Origin: an uncultured Flammeovirgaceae bacterium | Lineage (GTDB): Bacteria > Bacteroidota > Bacteroidia > Cytophagales > Cyclobacteriaceae | NCBI GenBank assembly: GCA_937884755.1 | Contig: CAKZYJ010000469.1 | Location: 7,666-71,665, forward strand | Length of the DNA stretch: 64,000 nucleotides | Direction: 5' to 3' | In this document: positions 40,801 through 48,827 of the stretch, piece by piece | Layout of the letters: each line of letters opens with the position of its first letter | Position numbering within the stretch: the first letter of the stretch is position 1 | Translations under genes and position numbers: made by a program | Notes under the pieces: model-generated | Told to the model about the DNA's origin: nothing | Database searches by the model: none | The model's input: the letters and a program-made list of their open reading frames with translations, nothing else

Positions 40801-41163
40801 AGAACTTCTGCTAACGACTATGCCAAATTTCTATCCATATTCCTTAATCAAGGAAAGGTCAATGGGACTGAATTTATTTCATCGGATCTTATGGTTGAGT
40901 TTTTCAAAATTCAGTATCCCTCTCTTAATAGTTATCAGGCGATTGCTTGGAACAATAATGAATTTGGAAGTGAAGACTTCTACCAACAAGTTCCACATCT
41001 TCCGGCTCATACTGGCCTTGAAGCCGGTATCACGACTGCCACCTTGTTTGATCCTCACAAGAAAGCGGCCGTGATCATTTTTAACAACACACAGCCTGAC
41101 AACTTTAAGGGTCTCTTAGAGATAATGATTGAATTGGCTAAAGCAGTTGGAATGACAAAATAA
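37900..41163 (+). CDS. fusion: ECF sigma factor - TM - M56-associated-like repeats - GIN (DUF2807) - serine hydrolase/beta-lactamase domain
   Basis: Sigma2 EDLVQD; sigma4 MREIASIMNS...VKMQVSRARKKL; TM about aa 232-252; GIN-like PLSSFNKLILHGNIKV; catalytic motifs SLTK, YSN and HTG. One uninterrupted, AT-rich frame. Confidence 0.8.
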   Translation: MKTEKQKAFMVAYELCHTEFLRYCSVVSYGRMDREDLVQDVVYSAYRNFHKIRNKEDLLHYLIRAARNRVITERRKRIRNVQWSESRAHQLLSKNVSAETLLDIQFLYDALRSLPEIQATSLVLFEVHGFKMREIASIMNSTEASVKMQVSRARKKLRSILSQDQTDRKKQRTIPPFLIGVDKSSKVGLEDTWCEVLKNVPPAYDVNNTIDTLAHLEKKTTTHYFLANNLPYYMSVAVSMITMLILLLPLFVNKTGITTPSVASQEGVDFPINSESQFQPGQKELMPIAVLGLDQQPLTAATGVISQKILSNSVPTSLPRSRKASYPQSQLYSSQKHYGEYTITGKWNVKEGDNTSCIHFHFVESGKDWKTKWKFNECFEDQNLEDFLDGKSTIAVLERSAGQLVLSTTKKSHRGTFRFRPNESFKSYLEDLGFDPHAQPTKIVSVTGSHKYTGDSTLVYSNAPVDVLWYKFFAADINSHYINYLRSHGYLRKDINQLWELADQEVSISFLEEIVPYRTLTVDSLRLADIAKLKMLEVNPSLLRTIAECNIENLTVEDIISIHQLQIPSSYINNLCESLIDTLTAEYIIRSFLMTTSGDRSRTNTIFASKKKQSTNRANYRNQVVFENEERQVIPLSSFNKLILHGNIKVGIAKYDVNQAIVFGDETTASRVKVELKGNTLTISPKLGFRSKFKYDVIVSGENIIDMVVRNGAKPFSIDMPKNTVDTLSSFIERKMASQNIVGYQILVIEHGETTFQFNSGFLKDGNPNKVNENTVFMIASLTKPIYALAVMKLVDKGLVSLDDPINDYLPTPVHNPYFPEDTITFRMLLAHTSSIKDNWEILGNIYHPNSSISEELTITRFVKDYFYKSGKYFNPESNFHQEAPELIWDYSNASYILLGHLIEEITSKKMKDFCQQEIFTPLGMNNTFWYLHDISHDNISYPHRIENEKIIPLPHYGYPSFPEGQIRTSANDYAKFLSIFLNQGKVNGTEFISSDLMVEFFKIQYPSLNSYQAIAWNNNEFGSEDFYQQVPHLPAHTGLEAGITTATLFDPHKKAAVIIFNNTQPDNFKGLLEIMIELAKAVGMTK

Positions 41164-41224
41164 TAATCGCTATGCAAGTGATGTAGGAGCTAAACTTAAT
41201 GAGAACTAAACTTTCATACCTAGT

Positions 41225-41460
41225 GCTTTCAGATTTAGTGTTCCGGTTGAAGAGGAAGTATCAAAGCCTTAAGGCTCATCGCTCGTGCCGTGCCCACGGT
41301 GAATTCTCTACCGGGACGATCCGATTCTGTCCGTTTGCTACTGGAAAACCTAGTTTACAGTTCCCTTCCGTTCAGATCGTCTTTCAGCTTATGGCGGTTT
41401 TTTGCCGACCGAGCATTTCAAAGTAGAGTTCCTGCACAGTTACTATCACTACTAACAGTA
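41225..41460 (-). other. structured non-coding tract, possibly an orphan IS110-family end (bridge-RNA-like)
   Basis: Short hairpins GGAC..GTCC and CGGT..ACCG, a GGACAG...CCCGGTA motif, and no credible protein. The assignment comes from recalled similarity only. Confidence 0.25.
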
Positions 41461-41534
41461 AGATGAATCTGATCAGAAGGTAAGCAGTTTCTAAGGATGA
41501 GGTTGATCCATGCAGTAGTGAGGTTATGCTCAGG

Positions 41535-41945
41535 TCAATAATCCTCTCCCTGGTAAATCCACATGGCCTGGTTATCACCAGCCGGTTCAAAACCGCATTG
41601 ACGGTAAAAGTTGATCGCCTTTCCATCAGCTACCAGTATCTGCTGGTGAAACCCAGCGTATTTCTCGTGGAAAACTTCCATAATTCTCTTGCCTATACCC
41701 TGCCCCTGGTAATCCGGTAATACCAGCAAATGCGGATAATATACCACCAGATGCCCATCGGTGATTGCATTACCTAAGCCTACCAACACGCTCCCGTCCC
41801 ACGCCGATACTAGCGAATCTGAATTCATGAGTGCATTATAGAGGGCATCCGGTTTATGCGCTGAGGACCAATGATTGGCCTCGTACAGCGTCAGAATATC
41901 CTTCTTCTTGATTCCTTTTGTTTCCTTAATAATAATATTGTACAT
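41535..41945 (-). CDS. GNAT family N-acetyltransferase
   Basis: Motifs LLVLPDYQGQGIGK and FYRQCGF. Confidence 0.9.
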   Translation of the reverse strand: MYNIIIKETKGIKKKDILTLYEANHWSSAHKPDALYNALMNSDSLVSAWDGSVLVGLGNAITDGHLVVYYPHLLVLPDYQGQGIGKRIMEVFHEKYAGFHQQILVADGKAINFYRQCGFEPAGDNQAMWIYQGEDY

Positions 41946-42013
41946 GCCCGACTAATCGCCCTTTTGACTAGATAAAACCAGCGTAATATACACAAATTTT
42001 GTCATTAGTGAGG

Positions 42014-43441
42014 TTAGAGTTCAACTAAAACTCCGTTTACTACCGCAAATCGATTCTTGCGTCGCTTTTTCAGGAGAAAGTTAGCCCGTCGTCCCAACAG
42101 TAATTCATGGTTGGGTTCCGCATCTTTAGAAACCACATCCAGCAGCAATTCCGACCGGAGGTGCGGATACTGCTCCAAATCCCGTACTCTTACTGTAGTA
42201 TATCCTTGCTTCAGTAAGCGTTCAGTTTTAAGCTCCACCACATCCTTCAGGGTTTTCTGTACTTTCGGGTATACTTTACCCGGAACGGCCTGTAAACCTT
42301 CGGCATCCAGCTCCTGGTAACCGTAGTAAGTAGACAAATCGCCGATATACTGAATACGGCTTAGTTCGTAAAAGTCCCGGTGCCCTTCCAGATCAATCTC
42401 ATTTTGGTTCACTGCAATATCAATCATGAACTGCCGGCCGTTTTTCTCGCGCTGCACATTTCGGATAATCAAGTCGTAGAGGTAGCGTTCGTTTTCCGGA
42501 ATAGTGAAATATTCTTCTACTGGGGCCTTTCGGTAGTTTCCCTCAGCAATGGCGTGAAGCCCGATCAGCAGCAGCACGAAGTTGACCTTGCGAATTTGCT
42601 GCTTCTCTTTGTCATTTTTATATCCTCCCGATTCGATCAGCACGGTACTAGTACCCCACTTCTGCATATTATCGCCAAAGGCCCTCGGTTCAAAATCATC
42701 GTTGTAGCGGCCTACCTGATTCGGAATAAACGCCTGAATAGCATCATTCAACAGAACAATCAGTTGCAGGGCGCGCTCCCGCACTTCGTTTACTTCTTTT
42801 TCGTAGTTATAAGCCGGAGCCAGCACAGAGATAGTAGCCGGATGAGGACTGACGCCAGTTGTGTAATACGTACTCTGGTCGTGCAGATTAAATCCAAAAT
42901 CAGCCTGCAAACTATCGCGCAGCCGCTTCAGAATCTGCGATTCGGGCGATTGCAGCCGGAGAGCATCCCGGTTCAGGTCAATATCAATAGCATTGTACCG
43001 CTGATACTGCTCGGCTCCGTCAGGGTTGAGCATGGGCACAAAGTGGATATTCAGATTATCTAGCAGTTGTCTACGCAGCGGATCAAGCTCATCGCTTTGA
43101 GCAAAGAAGTTAAACAAATCCAGTCCGGCCATGGTAGCGGTAGGTTCATTACCGTGCATCTGCGACCATAGGAGCACCGTAGTCTCTCCCGTTCCGAAGG
43201 AAACATCGTAAATGGTTCGCCCTTCAATAGAATTTCCTAACGGAGTGACTTTGAAGGTAGAGTTACTTCGTAGTTCCAGTAATAGTGGTTCTACATCACT
43301 GTGTTTAAACCGACGGTCGGTAATGCTAGCCTCCCGGTACCGATCGTGATATTGGTGAGCAGCAGCGGGGACAGATAGAATCTGAGCAGGTAACAAAACG
43401 GGTAGGCCCAATAGAAATAATACGAATAAGGGACATTTCAT
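42014..43441 (-). CDS. M14 family zinc carboxypeptidase
   Basis: Motifs SQMHGNE (HxxE), NPDG, DLNRD, NLHDQ and LIESG. Confidence 0.9.
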   Translation of the reverse strand: MKCPLFVLFLLGLPVLLPAQILSVPAAAHQYHDRYREASITDRRFKHSDVEPLLLELRSNSTFKVTPLGNSIEGRTIYDVSFGTGETTVLLWSQMHGNEPTATMAGLDLFNFFAQSDELDPLRRQLLDNLNIHFVPMLNPDGAEQYQRYNAIDIDLNRDALRLQSPESQILKRLRDSLQADFGFNLHDQSTYYTTGVSPHPATISVLAPAYNYEKEVNEVRERALQLIVLLNDAIQAFIPNQVGRYNDDFEPRAFGDNMQKWGTSTVLIESGGYKNDKEKQQIRKVNFVLLLIGLHAIAEGNYRKAPVEEYFTIPENERYLYDLIIRNVQREKNGRQFMIDIAVNQNEIDLEGHRDFYELSRIQYIGDLSTYYGYQELDAEGLQAVPGKVYPKVQKTLKDVVELKTERLLKQGYTTVRVRDLEQYPHLRSELLLDVVSKDAEPNHELLLGRRANFLLKKRRKNRFAVVNGVLVEL

Positions 43442-43468
43442 GTCAGCAAAATACCCAATTCGCCGAAG

Positions 43469-44449
43469 TTAGGCAGTGGCTAGCTTCTTTTTTTTCTCCG
43501 GAATCAGCCAACGGAGTCCCTTGGCCGCCCCACCAACCAGTCCGATAAATAAGACTACTCCGCCTACATTGAACAGTAAATGAGCGTTAGCAATTTTGCG
43601 CTCTATTTGGGCACTACCCGACATCCGCTCAGCCGCCGCAATAATCCAATCGACACACAACACTCCGATGATGACAGTAGCCACGTTGAACAGTAGGTGA
43701 AAGATACCGGTACGAATAGCAGACCGGTCGCGACCGATAGTGGCAATCAAGGTATCGGCGCAGGTGCCAATTTCCGCACCCAGCATTACGGCTACTCCCG
43801 CCGGAAGGGTCATCATGCCCTGGCTAGCTAGCGTAATTACGATTCCCATCGTAGCCGAAGATGATTGAATGAGTAGGGTGGCCACAGCACCCGCCAGTAC
43901 TCCGAACCAGGGATTCTCTAGGTCTTTCAGTGTTTCCAGAAAGGGCGGATAGCCCCTCAGCGGATTCATTGCCTCTCCCATTAGGCCTAGCGAGAAAAAT
44001 ATAAGACCTAGCGCAAAGATAATTTTTCCGATACTTCTCCAGCGAGCCGAGCGCCCCAGCGATTGAAAAAGTAAGCCTCCCAGTAGCCCAATAGGCGCGT
44101 ATTCATCAACATCAAATGCAATTAATTGGCTGGAAAGGGTGGTACCAATATTAGAACCCATCACCACCCCCAGCGACTCTACGAAGGTCATTAGCCCCGC
44201 GTTTACTAGTGCAATTACCATGATGACGGTTACCGAAGAAGAACCCACAACGGCAGTAGCCGCCGTCCCGGTTAGCACTCCCGTGAAGCGATTAGTGGTG
44301 AAACGGGCCAGCCAGAACCGAATTTTATCATTAGCGATGGCCTTTACTGCCTCGGATAATTGGGTTACAGCAAAGATAAATAGAACCAAGCCGGCCATCA
44401 GTCCCATCATCATTGAGAACCAATCCAGTGAAGCTTCAGGAGATGTCAT
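43469..44449 (-). CDS. Na/Pi cotransporter (PNaS) family protein
   Basis: Repeated SSS.T / QSSSAT and GSNIGTT / GAEIGT motifs; AH..FN. Confidence 0.88.
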   Translation of the reverse strand: MTSPEASLDWFSMMMGLMAGLVLFIFAVTQLSEAVKAIANDKIRFWLARFTTNRFTGVLTGTAATAVVGSSSVTVIMVIALVNAGLMTFVESLGVVMGSNIGTTLSSQLIAFDVDEYAPIGLLGGLLFQSLGRSARWRSIGKIIFALGLIFFSLGLMGEAMNPLRGYPPFLETLKDLENPWFGVLAGAVATLLIQSSSATMGIVITLASQGMMTLPAGVAVMLGAEIGTCADTLIATIGRDRSAIRTGIFHLLFNVATVIIGVLCVDWIIAAAERMSGSAQIERKIANAHLLFNVGGVVLFIGLVGGAAKGLRWLIPEKKKKLATA

Positions 44450-44558
44450 AGTAGTATACTCAAACTCGGAACCTACTGAAATTCGACTAGTATTCTACTA
44501 AAATCAATGTTAGGAAAATGTTAAGTTTTTAGAACAGTAAGCTGGGGGCGAGGAGAAG

Positions 44559-44660
44559 GAAGCTCGAAGTCGGAAGTCCGAAGCAATAGACTGAAGGACT
44601 GAGGGCTTTGGATCGGGCGCCGAGCGCTATGGTCCACTAACCGTGGACTAGCAACTACAA
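44559..44660. repeat. short low-complexity repeats and a small hairpin
   Basis: GAAGTCG/GAAGTCC 7-mers, GACTGA repeats, and GTCCAC-taacc-GTGGAC (44632-44648). Confidence 0.35.
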
Positions 44661-44661
44661 T

Positions 44662-47454
44662 TTAATCAGTCCCAACTTCCTCGTACATTACCTGCACCCA
44701 CCCTTTGTAGGTACGAGGCAAAGATTGTAATTCAAAGAAGCTTACTTCGGCCTGGTAGTAGTATATTCCGGGTGATACCCGTCGTCCTGCTATCGTGCGA
44801 CCATCCCAGAATCTACGCAGGTTAACTTCCTGGTTGGGTTGAGCCTCACTGTCAAAAAAGTAAACTTCTTTTCCCCAACGGTTGAATATCCGAAGCTGAA
44901 CCTGTCGGACAAAACGGGGGCAGAACGGCTCGTCTAGTGTCTCAAAATGTTCGTTTACATCGTCACCATTGGGAGTGAAAATGTTGGGTAAAGCAAAAAA
45001 TGGGCAGTTATCTTGGCATACCGGTTCCGACCACTCGCTTTCGTTACCCGACTGGTCAACCACGCGTACTCGGTAGCAACCGGCAGGCATAGGTAACGGA
45101 CCGTCTACGTAAAATGAGTCAGTAACCTGAGCCGCAATCAGTTGGTATTCCTCCAATCCTAATGAGTCGGAAGAGGCAAAATAAACATTAACTCCTGCAA
45201 TGTCTGAGGCACACTCATCAGTCTGGATTTGCCAGGCAACGGTGTTGCTCCAATCCGCGTAATCACAAGGCTTATCAACTAGCTGAGCTTCACAGTCCTG
45301 TGTATCACCCACCAAGGCTACTGATGCTATTGGGCAGGGAGGAATGGAATCAAAAGGAGATACGCAAATCCGTTGCGAACGATTAACGAGCGGAGCTTCA
45401 ATTAGCAGTGATGCATCGTAGCGTCCCTGGGTTATCACCTGATAGCAATAGGTGATTTTCTCTCCATCCGTTGCCTCTACTTGCGTATCCGTGTAGGTAA
45501 ATCCACCAGGCACCACCGCTACGCTGTCTAGCAGAGTGAGTGAATTGTCATCAGAGGTACCCCGAAAAATATAGTGATACGGATAATCTATACTTTGATT
45601 ATTCCAGGGCACATCTGCTTGCCAACGAACTTGAATCTGAGCTGGTTGTGCCGTGGCAGTCAGTCGTACTGACGAAGCGGTAGCTGAAGTATCAATCACA
45701 TTTCCTTGGGCGTCAAATCCTACAACCTGATAGTAGTAGGTTTCGGCATCAGTATTTAACCCCTGATCTTCAAAAGTAGTAGTAGTCAACTGTTGCGCTA
45801 CGGTCACGAATGGTGCTGTGGTTCCTTCTCTTCGTAGCAAAGTGTAGGAATAAGGAGCGAGCAATGTATCTGCTGCTTCACCCAGTGGTTCGGTCCAGCG
45901 AACAATGATCTGACCATCGGTAACATCTGTAGCCTCTACATCTACGTGAGTAATGAAGGGCGCAGCAGAAGGAGTGGTAACACAAACTTCTTCGGAGGCT
46001 ACACTCACGCTTCCGTCCGGAAAGGTAGCTGCCATTCGGTAGCAGTAGGTGACTCCAGGCAGTAAATCGCCGGTACCGCCATCCTGCACGCTCACCAGAT
46101 CAGGAGCTAAGGTGCTTACCAACTCGTAGCCAACACCAGCCGGTATGCCCGTAAAGCAGGGATCATCCGGCAGCGGATAGGAACCAATGCGGCGGTACAC
46201 CTGCACCGATTCAGCCTGCGTAGCACAGGAGTAATCGTTCCAGCGAAGCAATACTTCTTCGCCCTGAAGACGAGCCTGTAAATCTTCGATGGGTGGACCT
46301 AACACGGTAATATTCCACTGGTCGTAGGTCACGAGTGGGGGCGGCACCGAGGGTACATCCGTTACTTTGATATTTACCTGGTAAGGACGCTGACGAATAT
46401 TATTGCACTGGGTAGCCCAGCTAAACGTAGCCTCAGCCGGGGTAGGTAATTCAATCTGACTGGGTGACAGCGTAGCGGGTTGGTCAGCCAGATTAAAGAG
46501 TTCACCAAACCCTTCAAAAACGAGCTAATTCCCGTCCGGATCAGTGGCCATAACTGGTAGGGAAAGAGATTCACCAGCAATTACACAAAGGTCTTGTGGT
46601 ACTTCTACCTCTGGCGGAAAATTTATTCCGTCTTCTACAATGATCTGCATGTCGCGGGTAACGTAACCCAATCGGAACCACTCGCCGTTTACCTTTCGCC
46701 ACTCTTCTACAATAAATGCTACATTGTATTCACCCAGATTAGCCGGTGCATTCCAGGTCAGTAGTCCAGTGAGAGAATCCTGGGTTAGAAAAACCGGCGT
46801 GCTACCATCTTGGCGAACTGGTCTTGGGTTTGTTCCCCGGTCTCGGTCGTAAACATCGGGCAGGGTATAGTCAAATACATTTAGGTCACGGGCTTGTTTG
46901 GGGGTTACCAAATGGTAGGCGAGACTGTCTCCGTCGGGATCATACGCACTTGGGTTATGCGTAAATGTGCGTCCAATCACAGCACCATCTACCGGCTGGC
47001 TATCTAAAACGGGCGTGCTATTACAGAAGAGTGGATCAATTACAATCTGGGTCTCAATGTAGAATTCGGTAGCTACTGACTCCTGCATATTTAGAATTTC
47101 AGCATTCCGATTCTTTTCCTGATAACTGATTACGTAAGTTCCTGGGCCTGGGAAAGTATATTCAAATGTGTAGGTGCTAATACGAACCTCTTGGTCACCA
47201 ACATCTATAAAACGCCGATCAAAAACCTCTTCCGGCACCGGAATTGGGTCGCCGTACCCGAAATATAATTCTCCATCACCTAATAATACTCCTTGTTCAG
47301 TATCTTCGTAGCCAGTTAAGGTAAAACGGTAAGTGAAACCTTGGCAAGAAAGCAGTTCAGCCGTAATTTCTCCCGCTCGGATATGAGTAGCTAATAGCGA
47401 AGGTGAATAAAGAAAACAGAAAATTACTAGTAAAAAAATAGATTGAGCGCGCAT
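44662..47454 (-). pseudogene. T9SS type B (gliding-motility-associated CTD) FN3-rich protein with an in-frame TAG at 46525-46527
   Basis: 46525..47454 and 44662..46347 are in one frame with 59 open codons between them (LVFEGFGELFNL...TDVPS). C-terminal LPNIFTPNGDDVNE..F...IFNRWGK...WDG...GIYYY...KGWV. Confidence 0.8.
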
Positions 47455-47581
47455 ACAACCAACGGGTAAAAAATAGACACCCTACCGAGCCTCCCCTACA
47501 GTAATAAAAACGAAGACATAGTAAGTGGTAGTATATCTCTTAAAGGATATAGTCCTGAAATATGAGAGGTGTCAAAAAGAT

Positions 47582-48697
47582 TTACCGCTTCATGAAACGC
47601 AACACCCGTTGCAAATCGCCCTGCTGAAGAGTGAGAAAGTAGATACCCGGCTTACAATCAGCAACATTGTAGGAGTTTTGCCCAAAGTATACGGTACGCC
47701 GGTCAATTTCCAGTCCGATGATGTTATGTATACTGGCCGTAGCCCCGCTCCAGGCATCTTCATTAACCTCTAACGTAAAATCTCCCTGATTAGGGTTAGG
47801 GAATAATTGCACGGTAGGCTCATCGGGTGCGGCCTGAGGAGTAGATGTAATAATGTCGGTAAATGAAATATTGTTCACCGTATCCAAGACCTGAATAGTA
47901 AAATCGCGGGTAACGAAGCCTAGCGATATCCATTCACCGTTGACTTCTCGCCATTCATTAATCCGAAGGGCTACTGCGAACTCGCCCGGTAAGTTAGGAG
48001 CATTCCATACCAACGCACTGGTATCCAATGTGAAGGTGGGATCGCCGGTACCTTCCGCATTGGTGGGATTATCGGCGTAGGTCATATCGATTTCCAGCGG
48101 AGTTCCCAGGTAGGCTACCGGGGCATCTATATTCTCCTGAGGAATAACTAGTTCTAGGGACAAGCTATCGCCATCAGGATCGAAAATTCCTAACTGTTGC
48201 TGGAAGGCAGAACCCGTAAACGCCAAAAAATTAATACTATCCGAAAGCTGAGGAGTATTGTTACACAGTAACGGATCAATAAGCAAGCTGGATTCTATGT
48301 ATAGCGGAGTGTCTACCGAGTTGCGAATATTCACGACATCGGCATTACGATTAAACTCCCGAAAGTTTATGGTATACGTACCTGGGCCAGGAAAAATAAC
48401 GTTATTCAACTCTAGCTTACTGATTCTGAGAGAGCAATTATCAACATTGACTATCTGACTAGAAAAATCGGTTTCAGTATGTAGTTGAATTGGATCACCG
48501 AAGCCTAAATCCAGAACACCGCCAACAAAATCTACTTCGAAGCCCGTATCGCCATAGCCCGTAATTGTAATGCTGTAAGTATTGGCTTGGCAAGATTCAG
48601 CTGTAGCGGTGATCTGAGCACCGTACATATGCGTAGCATTAGCCCCTAAAGGCAGAAGAAAAATGGCTATTATTCCGGTTAAGTAAAATTTATTCAT
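47582..48697 (-). CDS. T9SS type A sorting-domain protein, paralogue of the N-terminal part of the neighbouring gene
   Basis: TH..aqITA...CQ..TY...TGY.DT, RN..v.N, DP.lCN.TP and GEF.VA....EWR.VNG are shared with the neighbour. CTD is LFPNP.QG.F...PGIYFL.L......RFMK. Confidence 0.85.
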   Translation of the reverse strand: MNKFYLTGIIAIFLLPLGANATHMYGAQITATAESCQANTYSITITGYGDTGFEVDFVGGVLDLGFGDPIQLHTETDFSSQIVNVDNCSLRISKLELNNVIFPGPGTYTINFREFNRNADVVNIRNSVDTPLYIESSLLIDPLLCNNTPQLSDSINFLAFTGSAFQQQLGIFDPDGDSLSLELVIPQENIDAPVAYLGTPLEIDMTYADNPTNAEGTGDPTFTLDTSALVWNAPNLPGEFAVALRINEWREVNGEWISLGFVTRDFTIQVLDTVNNISFTDIITSTPQAAPDEPTVQLFPNPNQGDFTLEVNEDAWSGATASIHNIIGLEIDRRTVYFGQNSYNVADCKPGIYFLTLQQGDLQRVLRFMKR

Positions 48698-48827
48698 AGT
48701 TGTTTGCGTAGTCCCTTCCCAAAAGTTTACTTTTCTTTCTCTATCTTAGACCCCAAAACTAACCAGAAGGTTGAAACGCATTTGTTAAAAATTTATAAAA
48801 TTTTCATCACAATCTACCTATCGCACC

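Noticed and set aside
37890-41188. 9-bp direct repeat GATGTAGGA flanking the sigma fusion gene as a target-site duplication
   Set aside because: It is short, has no adjacent terminal inverted repeats, and its length does not fit the 5-bp duplication of Tn3; chance or an RBS-like word is as likely.
41225-41460. Cobalamin riboswitch or group II intron 5' end
   Set aside because: An AAGGGAA word is present, but I see no B12-box/GCAACTGT core arrangement, no GTGCG intron start and no downstream B12 or RT gene.
42380-43063. 227-aa antisense ORF
   Set aside because: It is the shadow of the M14 carboxypeptidase.
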